64,000 nt of DNA, from contig CAXXHB010000003.1 in NCBI GenBank assembly GCA_963664815.2, positions 1,920,001 through 1,984,000 on the forward strand, read 5' to 3'. Under the pieces are notes generated by a model. The model was not told the DNA's origin and searched no databases. It saw only the letters and a list, made by a program, of their open reading frames with translations. Source of the stretch: Spirochaetota bacterium. GTDB taxonomy: Bacteria; Spirochaetota; UBA4802; UBA5550. Position 1 is the stretch's first letter. Every line of letters starts with the position of its first letter. Positions 1 to 10,613 of the stretch are shown one piece after another. Position numbers and translations under genes: made by a program.

Positions 1-875
1 TTGTTCAAAAGCCTTAATACGATTCTTTCACCATAATATGTCGGAAAAATTGATACCCTGATATCAATCTCTTTCCCTCTGATTTTTATCTGTATCCTCC
101 CATCCTGTGGCATTCTGTTTTCAGCAATGTTCAGATTAGCCATAATTTTTATTCTGGAAATTATTGAATCCTGGTACTTCTTTGGAGGTGTGAACATCTT
201 ATAGAGTATTCCATCAATTCTGAATCGTACAATCAGTTCCTTTTCATAGACTTCAAAATGAATATCACTTGCTCTCTCACTTACAGCCTGTCGTATAATT
301 GTATTAACTAGTCTGATAATTGGTGCATCATTTGCCATATCCATTATATCAGAAGTTTCAGATGAAGTTCTTGAGAGAATTTCAAAATCAGATTCTTCAA
401 GATTTTCAATTATTTCGTTTGTTGTGGCAGATTCTACAAGCTCATAGTGAGTATTGATTATCTTAAGTACTTCACTTGTAATTGTCATTACAATTTTAAA
501 TGAATATCCTTTAAACAGCAGTTTTAAATCATCAAGCGGCTGTACATTAAGAGGGTCGGAAATTGCAATTTTTATAGTTCCTTTACCTGAACTGAATGGA
601 GCAATTAAATTACATTTTAAAAAATTAACCGGAAGACCTTTAAAAATTGAGTCAGAATCATTGTATTCAATATGAGCTTTAAACTCAATGCCATTCTGTA
701 AGGCTAGCGATTCAAGGAGGTCAGCTTCCGAAAGATGTCCTTTTTTGATTAATAATTCACCAATCTTTAGTTCTGAATTCTGCTGAAGAAGTAATGCTTC
801 CTGAAGGTTTTCAGGCGAAATTTTACCTTTTTCAATAAGTATTTTTCCAACTGGCCTATTTTTCATTACTGACAT
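1..875 (-). CDS. gspE: Type II secretion ATPase GspE (runs off window start)
   Basis: Manual minus-strand translation from ATG at 875: MSVMKNRPVGKILIEKG...DAPIIRLVN...ASDIHFE...VRFRIDG...MANLNIAENRMPQDGRI...DIRVSIFPTYYGERIVLRLL; follows gspD. Confidence 0.9.
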   Translation of the reverse strand, partial: MSVMKNRPVGKILIEKGKISPENLQEALLLQQNSELKIGELLIKKGHLSEADLLESLALQNGIEFKAHIEYNDSDSIFKGLPVNFLKCNLIAPFSSGKGTIKIAISDPLNVQPLDDLKLLFKGYSFKIVMTITSEVLKIINTHYELVESATTNEIIENLEESDFEILSRTSSETSDIMDMANDAPIIRLVNTIIRQAVSERASDIHFEVYEKELIVRFRIDGILYKMFTPPKKYQDSIISRIKIMANLNIAENRMPQDGRIQIKIRGKEIDIRVSIFPTYYGERIVLRLLN

Positions 876-882
876 ATAATTA

Positions 883-2679
883 TTATTTTTTACTGTTATT
901 CTGAATCTTTTGAAAATCCTTCTGTTTCTCTTCAGTGATTTTCTTTATCTTGGCCGGATCTGTGACAACCCTTGGTGTAATAAAAACAAGAAGATTTGTC
1001 TTTGAGGTTTCTTTGGATTTATTTTTAAATAACCATCCCAATAACGGGATATCTCCCAGCAGCGGAACTTTGGTTTCTGTATCTGTAACAGAATTTCTCA
1101 TAAGTCCGCCAACTACTATAGTAGCTCCATCTTTAATAGAAATTTTTGTTTTAATATCACGTTTTGCAAGATCAGGAGGAATAACTGTATTAGTAGTAGT
1201 TGTTGTTGTTGTTCCAAGAACAGAATTTACTTCAACAAATAGTTCGAGAGTTATTTTTTCTCCTGTAGTGATATGAGGAGTGAGCTTAAGTTTTAATCCC
1301 ACCGGTTTATACTCATATGTATAATAAATATTATTGTTTGTATCCACTCGACTATTGGTTGGAATTGCAATCTCTTCACCAACATTAATTTCAGCTTCAT
1401 GATTATCTATTGTTAAAATATGAGGAGTTGAAAGAATATTTATATTTTTATCCTGACCTGTTGCATTAATTAATGCAAAACCGAGTATTGACGAATCGCT
1501 TAAATAACCGAGAGTCATTGTTTGTGCTTTCAAAGGTACTGCAACCGTTTTATCTGTAATCCCGGTTGGGAGTGAATAGCTTGGAACACTTCCCATAATT
1601 GAGGAACCTCCAAAGATATGTGAACCGGTCTGTCCCCCCAGTGTCCAATCTACACCGAATCCCCAGTTTGATTCAACATCAACCTCAACGATCAACGCTT
1701 CAATAAGTATTTGCGGTCTGACGGTATCAAGCTGTTTTATTACCCTGAAAATTTCTTTAAACTCCGGTCCTGAAGCATTAATAATCAGAGAATTAGTTTC
1801 TTTATTTGCAATTATTGAAAGTTTCGCTGGTTGATTTTTAGGTTGATTAGGCTGGGCTGCACCTTTATTCTTATTTTCTATATCAGGTACTTGAACAGTT
1901 TGAACAGGATTTGTATTAATTACAGCATATTGTGAAAATGGTATTCTTGATAATACTTCAGCAAGGTTTGTGGCATCTGCATTTTCCAGGTGTACAACAT
2001 GTATAAAATCATCTTCATTTTCCTTTTCAATAGCTACATCACCTGTCTTTGATGGATTTTTATCCAGTGACTGGGCAATTTTTACAAGTCCTCTTATGTC
2101 TGTTGAATTCCCGCTGAAAATAATAATATTGAGTGTTTTGTAAACTATTATATCAGTATCAGCAGTTTTTAATGATTTTAAAACATTTGAAACATCATTG
2201 GCATCAGCATTAATGAGTTCCAAAAGAAATGTCACAGTATCTTCTTTATTCAATTTAATCTTATCACCGTCAAGTATAACTTCAACATTTTTTTGAACAG
2301 CTTCTTTTATCGGAACTACTTTTATCAAGTTGGTTGTTTCAATTACTGCAAATCCTTTTATTTCAAGGATAGATTTCATAAGATCGTATGCCTCAGTAAT
2401 CGGAACTTTTTTTGCTGAATTTATTGTAATTTTTCCTTTAACCTTATCGCTAAGAATAATATTTTTTCCAAGAACCTGGCTCATTACATTTAAAAATTCA
2501 GATATTTCGACATCATTAAAATTCAGAGAAAAACTATCTTCTTTTAAATTTTCCTTTACTTTTTCTTTTGATTTTTTTGCAGCCCATAAATAATTATAGT
2601 TATAATCTACTGACACAGTAAATATAAGGATAAACGCCATTGTTAAATGGATTGGGATCTTTAAATATTTTTTATTCAT
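883..2679 (-). CDS. gspD: Type II secretion secretin GspD
   Basis: N0 domain LNFNDVEI, repeated N domains, secretin motif VPLLGDIPLLGWLF...LLVFITPRVV. Confidence 0.95.
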   Translation of the reverse strand: MNKKYLKIPIHLTMAFILIFTVSVDYNYNYLWAAKKSKEKVKENLKEDSFSLNFNDVEISEFLNVMSQVLGKNIILSDKVKGKITINSAKKVPITEAYDLMKSILEIKGFAVIETTNLIKVVPIKEAVQKNVEVILDGDKIKLNKEDTVTFLLELINADANDVSNVLKSLKTADTDIIVYKTLNIIIFSGNSTDIRGLVKIAQSLDKNPSKTGDVAIEKENEDDFIHVVHLENADATNLAEVLSRIPFSQYAVINTNPVQTVQVPDIENKNKGAAQPNQPKNQPAKLSIIANKETNSLIINASGPEFKEIFRVIKQLDTVRPQILIEALIVEVDVESNWGFGVDWTLGGQTGSHIFGGSSIMGSVPSYSLPTGITDKTVAVPLKAQTMTLGYLSDSSILGFALINATGQDKNINILSTPHILTIDNHEAEINVGEEIAIPTNSRVDTNNNIYYTYEYKPVGLKLKLTPHITTGEKITLELFVEVNSVLGTTTTTTTNTVIPPDLAKRDIKTKISIKDGATIVVGGLMRNSVTDTETKVPLLGDIPLLGWLFKNKSKETSKTNLLVFITPRVVTDPAKIKKITEEKQKDFQKIQNNSKK

Positions 2680-2694
2680 AAGAAAAATATCCTG

Positions 2695-3525
2695 TCAGTC
2701 TGTAATATTCAATTCAAATGTAATAATCTGTTCGTTCCTTTGAACATCAATTACCATCTTTGATTCATTTTTCATACCCTGCCACATGTTAAACAATTTT
2801 TCTGTGCTATCAATTTTTTTACCATTAATTCTCTTGATTATATCACCACTTCTTATTCCGTATTCATAGAGTATATTATATGGTCTTATCCTGATTATTT
2901 TAAATCCTTCAATCTGATCATTCTCCCGATGAGGACCTGCCTGAATTCCCTGCATGGCATTGTCAATATTATTCATAACCTTCTGCTGCATTTCAGATCT
3001 GCTTATACTTTTCTTTACAACTCCGCCACCTGTTTCAGCGGTACCTCCGCTGTCAGATGTAGCAAAATCTTTTTTTTCAAATAGATCTAAAACATATTTT
3101 TCACTATTTTTTTTGAGATATATTTTGGAAGAATCAATTCCTGTAATGGAAAAACCATAAACGTCATTCAAGATTTTAAAGACTTTAGGCTGCTTTTCAC
3201 CTTTTTTCATGATTAGGGCTCGCGCTATTCCGGGAGGGCCTGTAACAGTACCAATAAGCTTCAGATCGCTTAATGCTGAAGATAAATCCTCTTTCATCTC
3301 TGAAACATTTGATGAAGCTGTTCTGAAAAATCCTGATTCGATTATCTGATTAATATCAATATTCATGTTTTCTTTTTGGATCTGCTTTGATATTTTAATT
3401 CTGTTTTTTTCAGAGGGATACACTGCAAGATTATTTCTTATAATTCCATTAATTGTAACTGCTAAAATATATGAGAAAAGTATTACTGATGCTAATGAAA
3501 TAGCATGAAATTTAATATTCTGCAT
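2695..3525 (-). CDS. gspC: Type II secretion protein GspC (TM, HR, PDZ)
   Basis: N-terminal TM, LKLIGTV HR motif, PDZ GIRSGDIIKRING; upstream of gspD. Confidence 0.85.
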   Translation of the reverse strand: MQNIKFHAISLASVILFSYILAVTINGIIRNNLAVYPSEKNRIKISKQIQKENMNIDINQIIESGFFRTASSNVSEMKEDLSSALSDLKLIGTVTGPPGIARALIMKKGEKQPKVFKILNDVYGFSITGIDSSKIYLKKNSEKYVLDLFEKKDFATSDSGGTAETGGGVVKKSISRSEMQQKVMNNIDNAMQGIQAGPHRENDQIEGFKIIRIRPYNILYEYGIRSGDIIKRINGKKIDSTEKLFNMWQGMKNESKMVIDVQRNEQIITFELNITD

Positions 3526-3765
3526 TTTTTCTTCAGGTTTTTCTGATTAATTTAATATTATTATCTTTGTAGTAAACATAGTATCATTCATTCTAAAAAC
3601 ATAAGTCAAGTAATTATTGAAACATATTTTTCAAAAAATTTTTATAATAAGAATAACCGAAAAATAAAAAATATTCTCATTGAACTATTTCTTGTAATAA
3701 TTCACGTAATAAAGATAATTAAAATGCAAAATTATAAAAATTAATCTCAGTATTATTAATACGAG

Positions 3766-4122
3766 TCATACAATAAATGTTTCGGATTTCACCGCCATTG
3801 TACCTTTCTTTACCCATATACGTATCTTGTATGTGCTTTTATTATCACCGGATGTTACAGTCCCAATTTCTTCAATAGCGATTATTGTATCCAGATGGAA
3901 TTCATAAAACTTTTTATCCTCTTCAAACGGATTTGTTATTAGTATCAGAATGTTTTCATTAGTTGGGTGTCTTTTAGGGGAGCCTTCAAATGGATGGAAC
4001 TCATCTCTGTAATTTATATTCCTTAATTTATCTATATTATAGTTTTTTGAAATCCCCAGAAGCTTTTGTACATAATTTTTTTCATCCATAATTTTGTCTC
4101 CTATAACAGCTCTGTATATCAT
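3766..4122 (-). CDS. Small hypothetical protein
   Basis: 118-aa ORF with globular composition (FEGSPKRHP...FYEF...IRIWVKKG); start could be the later MDEKN. Confidence 0.6.
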   Translation of the reverse strand: MIYRAVIGDKIMDEKNYVQKLLGISKNYNIDKLRNINYRDEFHPFEGSPKRHPTNENILILITNPFEEDKKFYEFHLDTIIAIEEIGTVTSGDNKSTYKIRIWVKKGTMAVKSETFIV

Positions 4123-4236
4123 TATTCAAAATAAAATAAAAATTTAAGTGCTTGACGCAATTTAAGATGATATTTAACTAACTAACTAAGTGAGTATAAA
4201 TAATTTAATAAAATGATTGAGTAAATAAGAATTTCT

Positions 4237-6483
4237 ATGAACCAGAATAAAAAATTTATTATTTCGCTCGGTGTAATTTTCTCGGTTATGCTCTTAAGTT
4301 TCAGTATACTGAAAATATCAATTAATATTTTATATCCGGTAAATGAACTTTCCAATTCTTTAAAAGATACTTTCAAAGATATCTTTGGTAAAGCCATTAA
4401 ATTCGATTCTCTCCATTTTAAATATAATGGTGATATAGTACTTCAGAATTTTTATCTCTCGAATACTAATGATTTTAATGACAATATAAATTTAATAAAA
4501 TGCCGGGAAATAACAATTGATACATACTTATTAGATTTAATCCGAAAAAAAGTTACATTTTCCGGCGTTTATATGTCTGAACCCGAAATAACTATAATTA
4601 AAAATTACGGGAAAACATATAATGAAACATTTATTGAAGAATTAATTAATGGAATAAATGAGAATAAAATTAAACAGTTTATTACTGAAGGTTTTCGTTT
4701 CGAATTAACTGATTCAAGTTTAGCATTCAGAGAAACTCTGAAAAACTCTAAATCTGAGTTAGATTTATATAATCTGGATTTGATGATAAAATATAAAAGT
4801 GACTATATTACATACAGATCATATGGTACAATTCAGGATAGAATAAATAATAGCTGGTTTAAGAAAAGCAGATATAGGGTAAAGGGAAAAATATTTTTAA
4901 ATAAAGATCATTCAGAATCGGATATCGAACTTGAAAATTTTGATTTGTCTCACTTGAATAATTTACTGAATGACAGATTGACAACACGGACATTAATGGC
5001 AGGTACATTTTCGGGTGAACTGAAATTGATAAATGAAAATGATGTCATAAAATGCAAAGGGAGCACTGATACATCTTCTCTTAATATATTATATTACGAA
5101 AATGACACACCATTTCCTTTCATAAAAGATGAAGATTTCGAGACTGAATTCAGTTTTAATATTTCCAGAAATTGTGAAAGATTAACAGTGGATAAGCTAG
5201 TAATAGATGATGATATTGTTGAGTTATCAACATCTGTAGATTTTCTTAAAAATGATTTTATATCCTTTCAAATTAAATCCAATATAATAAATCTCGATGA
5301 ATTATCTGAAAAATTTTTTATTTTTAAAAATTGCAGATATGGCGGTAAATTATCTGTTAATGGAATATGTAAATATAAGCTGAACGAAAATAAACCTGAA
5401 AATATAAACCTTGATATGATACTGGATAAGTTTAGTCTTGTTTCTTTAAAACAATCTCCTGATGAATTTAAAAATATCAAAGATGCTAATATTTTATTAT
5501 CTGCAAATAATGATAAAATTGCAATTACTACAAATTTAAAGACCGGAAATTCAGATTTCAATGTTTCATTGAACAGTGCAATATCATGCTGGAATCCAAT
5601 TAAAACAACAAACACAATTGAGATAGTATCTAAAAAGATTGAACTTGATCTGTTAAGAGAATTATTTACTGACACAATTAAAAAAGTTTATAGTTTAGCA
5701 TATGTTGATATGTTCCAGAATTTTGACGAGCAAAGAAATTTCCTGAAAGAACCCGAAGGAATATTTATAAATAATAATGACATATCTCTCAAACTTTTCT
5801 CCGAAAAACTAATCATCTCAGGCAAATCATACCTTGATAATTTAAATATAGATATTTCTCTTCTGAAAGGGACATTAAAAACAAATAGTTTCTCATTATC
5901 AGGATATAACGGTACATATAGTTTTGATCTTTTTTCATCTTTAAAACAGGAATACCCCTTTTTCAAGTTTAACTTCAAAGTAGATAAACTCGATCTAAGC
6001 CAGATATCTAATAATGCAGGGCTTGATTATTCTTTAGGAGGAATTTTATCATTAAATTTAAGCTTTGAAACAAGTGCCTACCGGATAGGACAAGTTATTG
6101 AAAACGGTAAGGCTGTTTTTGATGTTTCCATTAAAGACGGTTACATTAATAATATGCCGATACAACGTAAGCTAAATGAATTTATGAGTCAAAATAATTA
6201 TAAGAATATTTTTAATAAAAGGATGGATTTTACAAATTTTTCAGTAGGTTTTATGCAATCAGCAAACACATTTTTTATCCGAAATTTAAATTTTAACTCT
6301 AATATTATTAATTTTACTGCATATGGAAATTTTACGGAGGAAGAAGGATTAAAAGTTCCGCTTAATCTGAATATAATTAAAGATAATAATATAGAAAGGG
6401 TGCCTCTTGAAATAACCGGTAGTTTTGAGGCACCCTGTATAAATCTTAAAATAAAAAATAAATCTGAATCAGTATGTTTTTAA
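4237..6483 (+). CDS. AsmA-like envelope protein
   Basis: N-terminal TM anchor, long beta-rich body, C-terminal VPLEITGSFEAP resembling AsmA-like C-terminus. Confidence 0.6.
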   Translation: MNQNKKFIISLGVIFSVMLLSFSILKISINILYPVNELSNSLKDTFKDIFGKAIKFDSLHFKYNGDIVLQNFYLSNTNDFNDNINLIKCREITIDTYLLDLIRKKVTFSGVYMSEPEITIIKNYGKTYNETFIEELINGINENKIKQFITEGFRFELTDSSLAFRETLKNSKSELDLYNLDLMIKYKSDYITYRSYGTIQDRINNSWFKKSRYRVKGKIFLNKDHSESDIELENFDLSHLNNLLNDRLTTRTLMAGTFSGELKLINENDVIKCKGSTDTSSLNILYYENDTPFPFIKDEDFETEFSFNISRNCERLTVDKLVIDDDIVELSTSVDFLKNDFISFQIKSNIINLDELSEKFFIFKNCRYGGKLSVNGICKYKLNENKPENINLDMILDKFSLVSLKQSPDEFKNIKDANILLSANNDKIAITTNLKTGNSDFNVSLNSAISCWNPIKTTNTIEIVSKKIELDLLRELFTDTIKKVYSLAYVDMFQNFDEQRNFLKEPEGIFINNNDISLKLFSEKLIISGKSYLDNLNIDISLLKGTLKTNSFSLSGYNGTYSFDLFSSLKQEYPFFKFNFKVDKLDLSQISNNAGLDYSLGGILSLNLSFETSAYRIGQVIENGKAVFDVSIKDGYINNMPIQRKLNEFMSQNNYKNIFNKRMDFTNFSVGFMQSANTFFIRNLNFNSNIINFTAYGNFTEEEGLKVPLNLNIIKDNNIERVPLEITGSFEAPCINLKIKNKSESVCF

Positions 6484-8765
6484 TCTTTAATAGCCATTAA
6501 TTCATATATTTTTACTGGCAATGCTTTTCCTTTAACACGGATTAAATCAAGTTCACGCACAATGACCTGGTCCCTGACATATTGATAAGTAAATTCACTG
6601 ATAATAATGTGTGTTTTATAAAACTTGTTAGTTCCTTCAAGCCTTGAACCGAGATTTACATTATCACCCATGAGGGTATAATCCATTCTCGCTGCTGATC
6701 CCATATTACCAACAATCATATCTCCAGTATTTATACCAATTCCTATTTCCAGTATTGGTTTATTTTCGATTTCCCACTTTTTATTCATTTCTTTCAAAGC
6801 ATCCATCATTTCTATTGATGCTTTACATGCATTAAGTGCATGATCTTCCATTTCTATTGGAGCTCCCCAGAATGCCATTACTGCATCGCCAATATATTTA
6901 TCAAGCGTTCCATAATACTTTATAATAATATCAGTCATGGACTGAAGATAAATATTGAGATGTTCAACAAGCTCTTCCGGAGTAAGTCTTTCAGATATAG
7001 ATGTAAAACCTCTGATATCAGAGAAAAGAACAGTGAGTATTTTTTTATCTCCACCAAGCTTTATCTTACTCGGATCCTTTAGAAGTTCGTCAACAACTGA
7101 TTTTGAAACAAATTTAGAGAATGTCTGTCTTATATATTTCTTTTCCTGTTGTTCATTAACAACCCTATATGTTACCAGCATGGAATAGGTAATAGCTGTT
7201 TGTATAACAGGTGTGGCCAAAGCTGTTATAATACTGAAATAATCGAAAAGAATATATGACAAAACAGAATATGCCAGTAAAAAAACGACTGTGGTAACCA
7301 GTGATGGTCCTATTGACATTTTTGGAGTTATAAAACCAACAAGGAGTGCTATAAAAAGCATTATTAAGATATTCTGCAGATCAGAAAGTTTAAAAAGGAA
7401 ATCCTGGTTTAAAATTGTATTCAGGGCATTTGCATGATGCTCAATCCCGAAAGTAGCTCCATATGGCGATTTGTGTTCGTCTGTTGCTACACCAGCTACT
7501 GCATAGGCTGCAATAAGAAGAATTTTATTTGTTAAAGAGGTGTTACCCTCCATTGTCCCGTCATTGGCAAAGAGATAATAAGGATAATGTTGAAAGCTTC
7601 CAGAACCTCCGATATAATTAACGTCCATAAAACCAAATCCATCAATTGGAATAAGGACTTCTCTTTTCTCATTGGGTTTTGCCATTTTTTCTTTTGGAAG
7701 ATTTTTAAGTTTGATATATTCTCCCATTTTTATCTCTACATTTTCAGGCCCAATCCCATAATAACTCATTACAATAGAAAGGTCAATGTTTGGATAATAA
7801 GCACCTTTGTATTTTATAATGAGCGGCATTGTTCTGTTAATATTGTCTCTTCCGGCAAATACGTTTGCAAATCCAATACCTTTAGCGGCCTTGATGAGAT
7901 CAGGTGTTGGAGGTGAAACATCGGATACAATACTCCCGCTTCTGTCATTGGGATTTAGAGGGAATTTTACTTTATCAAGCAATTCCAATCTTTCCTTCTG
8001 ATCCGTAAATTTTACATCAACTTCATCAACATCAAACTTGTAATCAAGAAATGCTACACCGGATTCTTTAATGGCTTTTGCAAGCTCAGCTTCACCAGGT
8101 TTGTGGTCAAGAAACATGATATCATAGAGTATTGCGAGAGGTTTTCCTGAAGCTATATAGTTGGAAAGTTTTGCGTGAATTTTCCATGGAAATGGCCATT
8201 GTATCCCCTGATTTGAGAAGTCATTTATTGTTTCTTCATCAATCCCGATTATTACAATATCTTTTCTGGCTCTGGGATTAATTCTGTTCATTTTTACACC
8301 CTCTTCAAGTTTTACTGTTTTTTGAGAGGGATCCCTGATAAAATATCTGAAGTCAATCGAGCCCCATTCCATTCCTGAAAGAATTGTTGTCTGTGTGAAT
8401 AATACTACCATTAAAATAAAAACAGACATGGAAATGAACAAGCCAATAAGTTTTTCAGGGAGTTTTATAAAAAGAAAAATGAAAATTAAACCAAAAGGTC
8501 CGGTTAAAAAACCTATAATAAATAACAGGATCACATTTTTTTCATTTTTTAAAGCAATATATTTCCCCAGACAACCAAAATTAACCATTATAATCAAAGT
8601 AATTAATATAGTTAATATGCTTATTAAAAAAGAGTTACTTTGCGTTAAAGCAAGTATAATAAAAGATATTAAAAATGTATTTATAATCGATAAAAATATC
8701 ACATCTTTCTTTAGTCTCATCTTATTATCCAGTAATTTGTATTTGTTATTAATCTGATATATCAT
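6480..8765 (-). CDS. CHASE2-domain class III adenylate cyclase
   Basis: DIVIIGIDE...WPFPW CHASE2 region, TM helices, FSDIRGFT, DKYIGDAVMAFW, DYTLMGDNVNLGSRLEG. Confidence 0.92.
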   Translation of the reverse strand: MIYQINNKYKLLDNKMRLKKDVIFLSIINTFLISFIILALTQSNSFLISILTILITLIIMVNFGCLGKYIALKNEKNVILLFIIGFLTGPFGLIFIFLFIKLPEKLIGLFISMSVFILMVVLFTQTTILSGMEWGSIDFRYFIRDPSQKTVKLEEGVKMNRINPRARKDIVIIGIDEETINDFSNQGIQWPFPWKIHAKLSNYIASGKPLAILYDIMFLDHKPGEAELAKAIKESGVAFLDYKFDVDEVDVKFTDQKERLELLDKVKFPLNPNDRSGSIVSDVSPPTPDLIKAAKGIGFANVFAGRDNINRTMPLIIKYKGAYYPNIDLSIVMSYYGIGPENVEIKMGEYIKLKNLPKEKMAKPNEKREVLIPIDGFGFMDVNYIGGSGSFQHYPYYLFANDGTMEGNTSLTNKILLIAAYAVAGVATDEHKSPYGATFGIEHHANALNTILNQDFLFKLSDLQNILIMLFIALLVGFITPKMSIGPSLVTTVVFLLAYSVLSYILFDYFSIITALATPVIQTAITYSMLVTYRVVNEQQEKKYIRQTFSKFVSKSVVDELLKDPSKIKLGGDKKILTVLFSDIRGFTSISERLTPEELVEHLNIYLQSMTDIIIKYYGTLDKYIGDAVMAFWGAPIEMEDHALNACKASIEMMDALKEMNKKWEIENKPILEIGIGINTGDMIVGNMGSAARMDYTLMGDNVNLGSRLEGTNKFYKTHIIISEFTYQYVRDQVIVRELDLIRVKGKALPVKIYELMAIKD

Positions 8766-8939
8766 AATTAATATTAGTCAAGATTTTTTTAACTAACTCT
8801 GAATTCCTAATATTAAAGCCTGATAAAAAGGCTGTTAAATATGATTGACAAAAAGTTGGATTTTTAAGGAATTTAATGTAAATTAAATCCTCCACAAATT
8901 AATTTCGCAAATATTTATTAAAACAATTATGAGGAATAA

Positions 8940-10610
8940 GTGAATATAAAAAATAAAATAAATAATATAATAATTAACTCGTTCGAAAAAGCTATTTCTG
9001 AAGGAAAACTTCCCGTTGCTGAATATCCTGTAATAAAAATTGAATATCCACGAGAGTCAAAGTTTGGAGATTATTCAACACCTATTGCTCTTGAATCAGC
9101 CAGAATTATTAAAAGATCACCAATGGAAATCGGTGAAATACTTAAAAACTATATTTGTAAAAATAATGATCTTATAGGGGAGGTATATCTTGCAAAACCT
9201 GGATTTATTAACATTTTCATTTCGCTCAATTATTTAAAAGAAAACATGCTGGATGTAATAAAACAAAGAGAAAGCTACGGGAGACAGATTAAAGATAATC
9301 CTCTAAGATATAATATTGAATTTGTATCGGCAAATCCGACAGGCCCCATGAATGTTGTATCTGCAAGGGCTGCTGCACTTGGAGATACAATCGCAAATCT
9401 GATTGAAACAAATGGTGATCTGGTTGATAGAGAATTTTATGTAAATGACTTTGGAAACCAGGTAAATCTTCTTGGTATTTCTGTTCTTGCGAGAATAAAA
9501 GAATTAAATAATGAACCGTTCCACTTCCCGGAAGATGGTTATCATGGAGAATATATCAAGGATATTGCCAGATGGATTATTGATAATTACTCAAGCGAGT
9601 TTAACGGATTTAAAGATGATGAAAGTAAAGCTGTTTTTGCCGCAAATAAAGCTATAGAGTTTAATACATCAAGTCAGAAAAAGGACCTCGCGGATTTCAA
9701 TGTTAATTTCAAAACATGGTTCAGAGAAAGTTCACTTCATGCAAAAGGTGAAGTAACAAAAGCTATGAAAAGGCTTGAACAGTATGATCACATATATGTC
9801 GAAGATGGTAAGAAAATATTCAGGTCAACAGTATTCGGAGATGACAAAGATCGTGTCGTTATAAGAGATGATGGGCGTCCTACTTACCTGATGGCAGATA
9901 TAGCATATCATAATGATAAACTTGAAAGAGGATATGATCGTTTAATTGATATATGGGGTCCGGATCATCATGGTTATATTGCAAGATTGTCAGGAGCTGT
10001 TCAGGCTTTGTGTGGAAGAAATGATATGTTCCGTGTACTGATATCGCAACAGGTAAACCTAATCATGGAAGGTGAAACAGTAAAAATGTCAAAAAGACTG
10101 GGTAATTTTTCGACAATGCGGGAGTTGATAGATGAGGTAGGTGTTGATGTTTCAAGGTTCTTTTTTATCATGAGATCTATGGACAGTCATCTTGACTTTG
10201 ATCTCGCTCTGGCAAAAAAGAATAGTTCGGAGAATCCTGTTTTTTATCTTCAATATGCGCATGCAAGAATTTGCTCAATATTTAAGGAAGCAGAAAGAAG
10301 AAACATCTCTCTCAACCCGGAGAAAGCCGATTTAGAAACACTTAGCAATAATGAAGCTGTAGTTATACTTAAACTTATAGCAAAATTTCCTGAAGAAATT
10401 TCTGATGCGGCAGAAACATATGAGCCTCATAAAATTTCTACTTTTCTGATGCGTCTGGCTCAATCTTATCATAGATTTTATGCAGAACACAGGGTTCTCT
10501 CCGAGGATGACATCAAGACTCAAACCAATCTGGCTCTTTGTGATGCAGTAAGAATTACTATAAAAAATGGTCTCCATATTCTTGGAGTATCTGCTCCTGA
10601 GAGTATGTAA
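8940..10610 (+). CDS. argS: Arginine--tRNA ligase
   Basis: FGDYS, PGFIN, EFVSANPTGP, KMSKR, YLQYAHARICSI, LGVSAPESM. Confidence 0.97.
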   Translation: MNIKNKINNIIINSFEKAISEGKLPVAEYPVIKIEYPRESKFGDYSTPIALESARIIKRSPMEIGEILKNYICKNNDLIGEVYLAKPGFINIFISLNYLKENMLDVIKQRESYGRQIKDNPLRYNIEFVSANPTGPMNVVSARAAALGDTIANLIETNGDLVDREFYVNDFGNQVNLLGISVLARIKELNNEPFHFPEDGYHGEYIKDIARWIIDNYSSEFNGFKDDESKAVFAANKAIEFNTSSQKKDLADFNVNFKTWFRESSLHAKGEVTKAMKRLEQYDHIYVEDGKKIFRSTVFGDDKDRVVIRDDGRPTYLMADIAYHNDKLERGYDRLIDIWGPDHHGYIARLSGAVQALCGRNDMFRVLISQQVNLIMEGETVKMSKRLGNFSTMRELIDEVGVDVSRFFFIMRSMDSHLDFDLALAKKNSSENPVFYLQYAHARICSIFKEAERRNISLNPEKADLETLSNNEAVVILKLIAKFPEEISDAAETYEPHKISTFLMRLAQSYHRFYAEHRVLSEDDIKTQTNLALCDAVRITIKNGLHILGVSAPESM

Positions 10611-10613
10611 GAA

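Noticed and set aside
454-2593. Short plus-strand ORFs over gspE/gspD and similar antisense ORFs throughout the track
   Set aside because: They are shadows of well-supported opposite-strand genes
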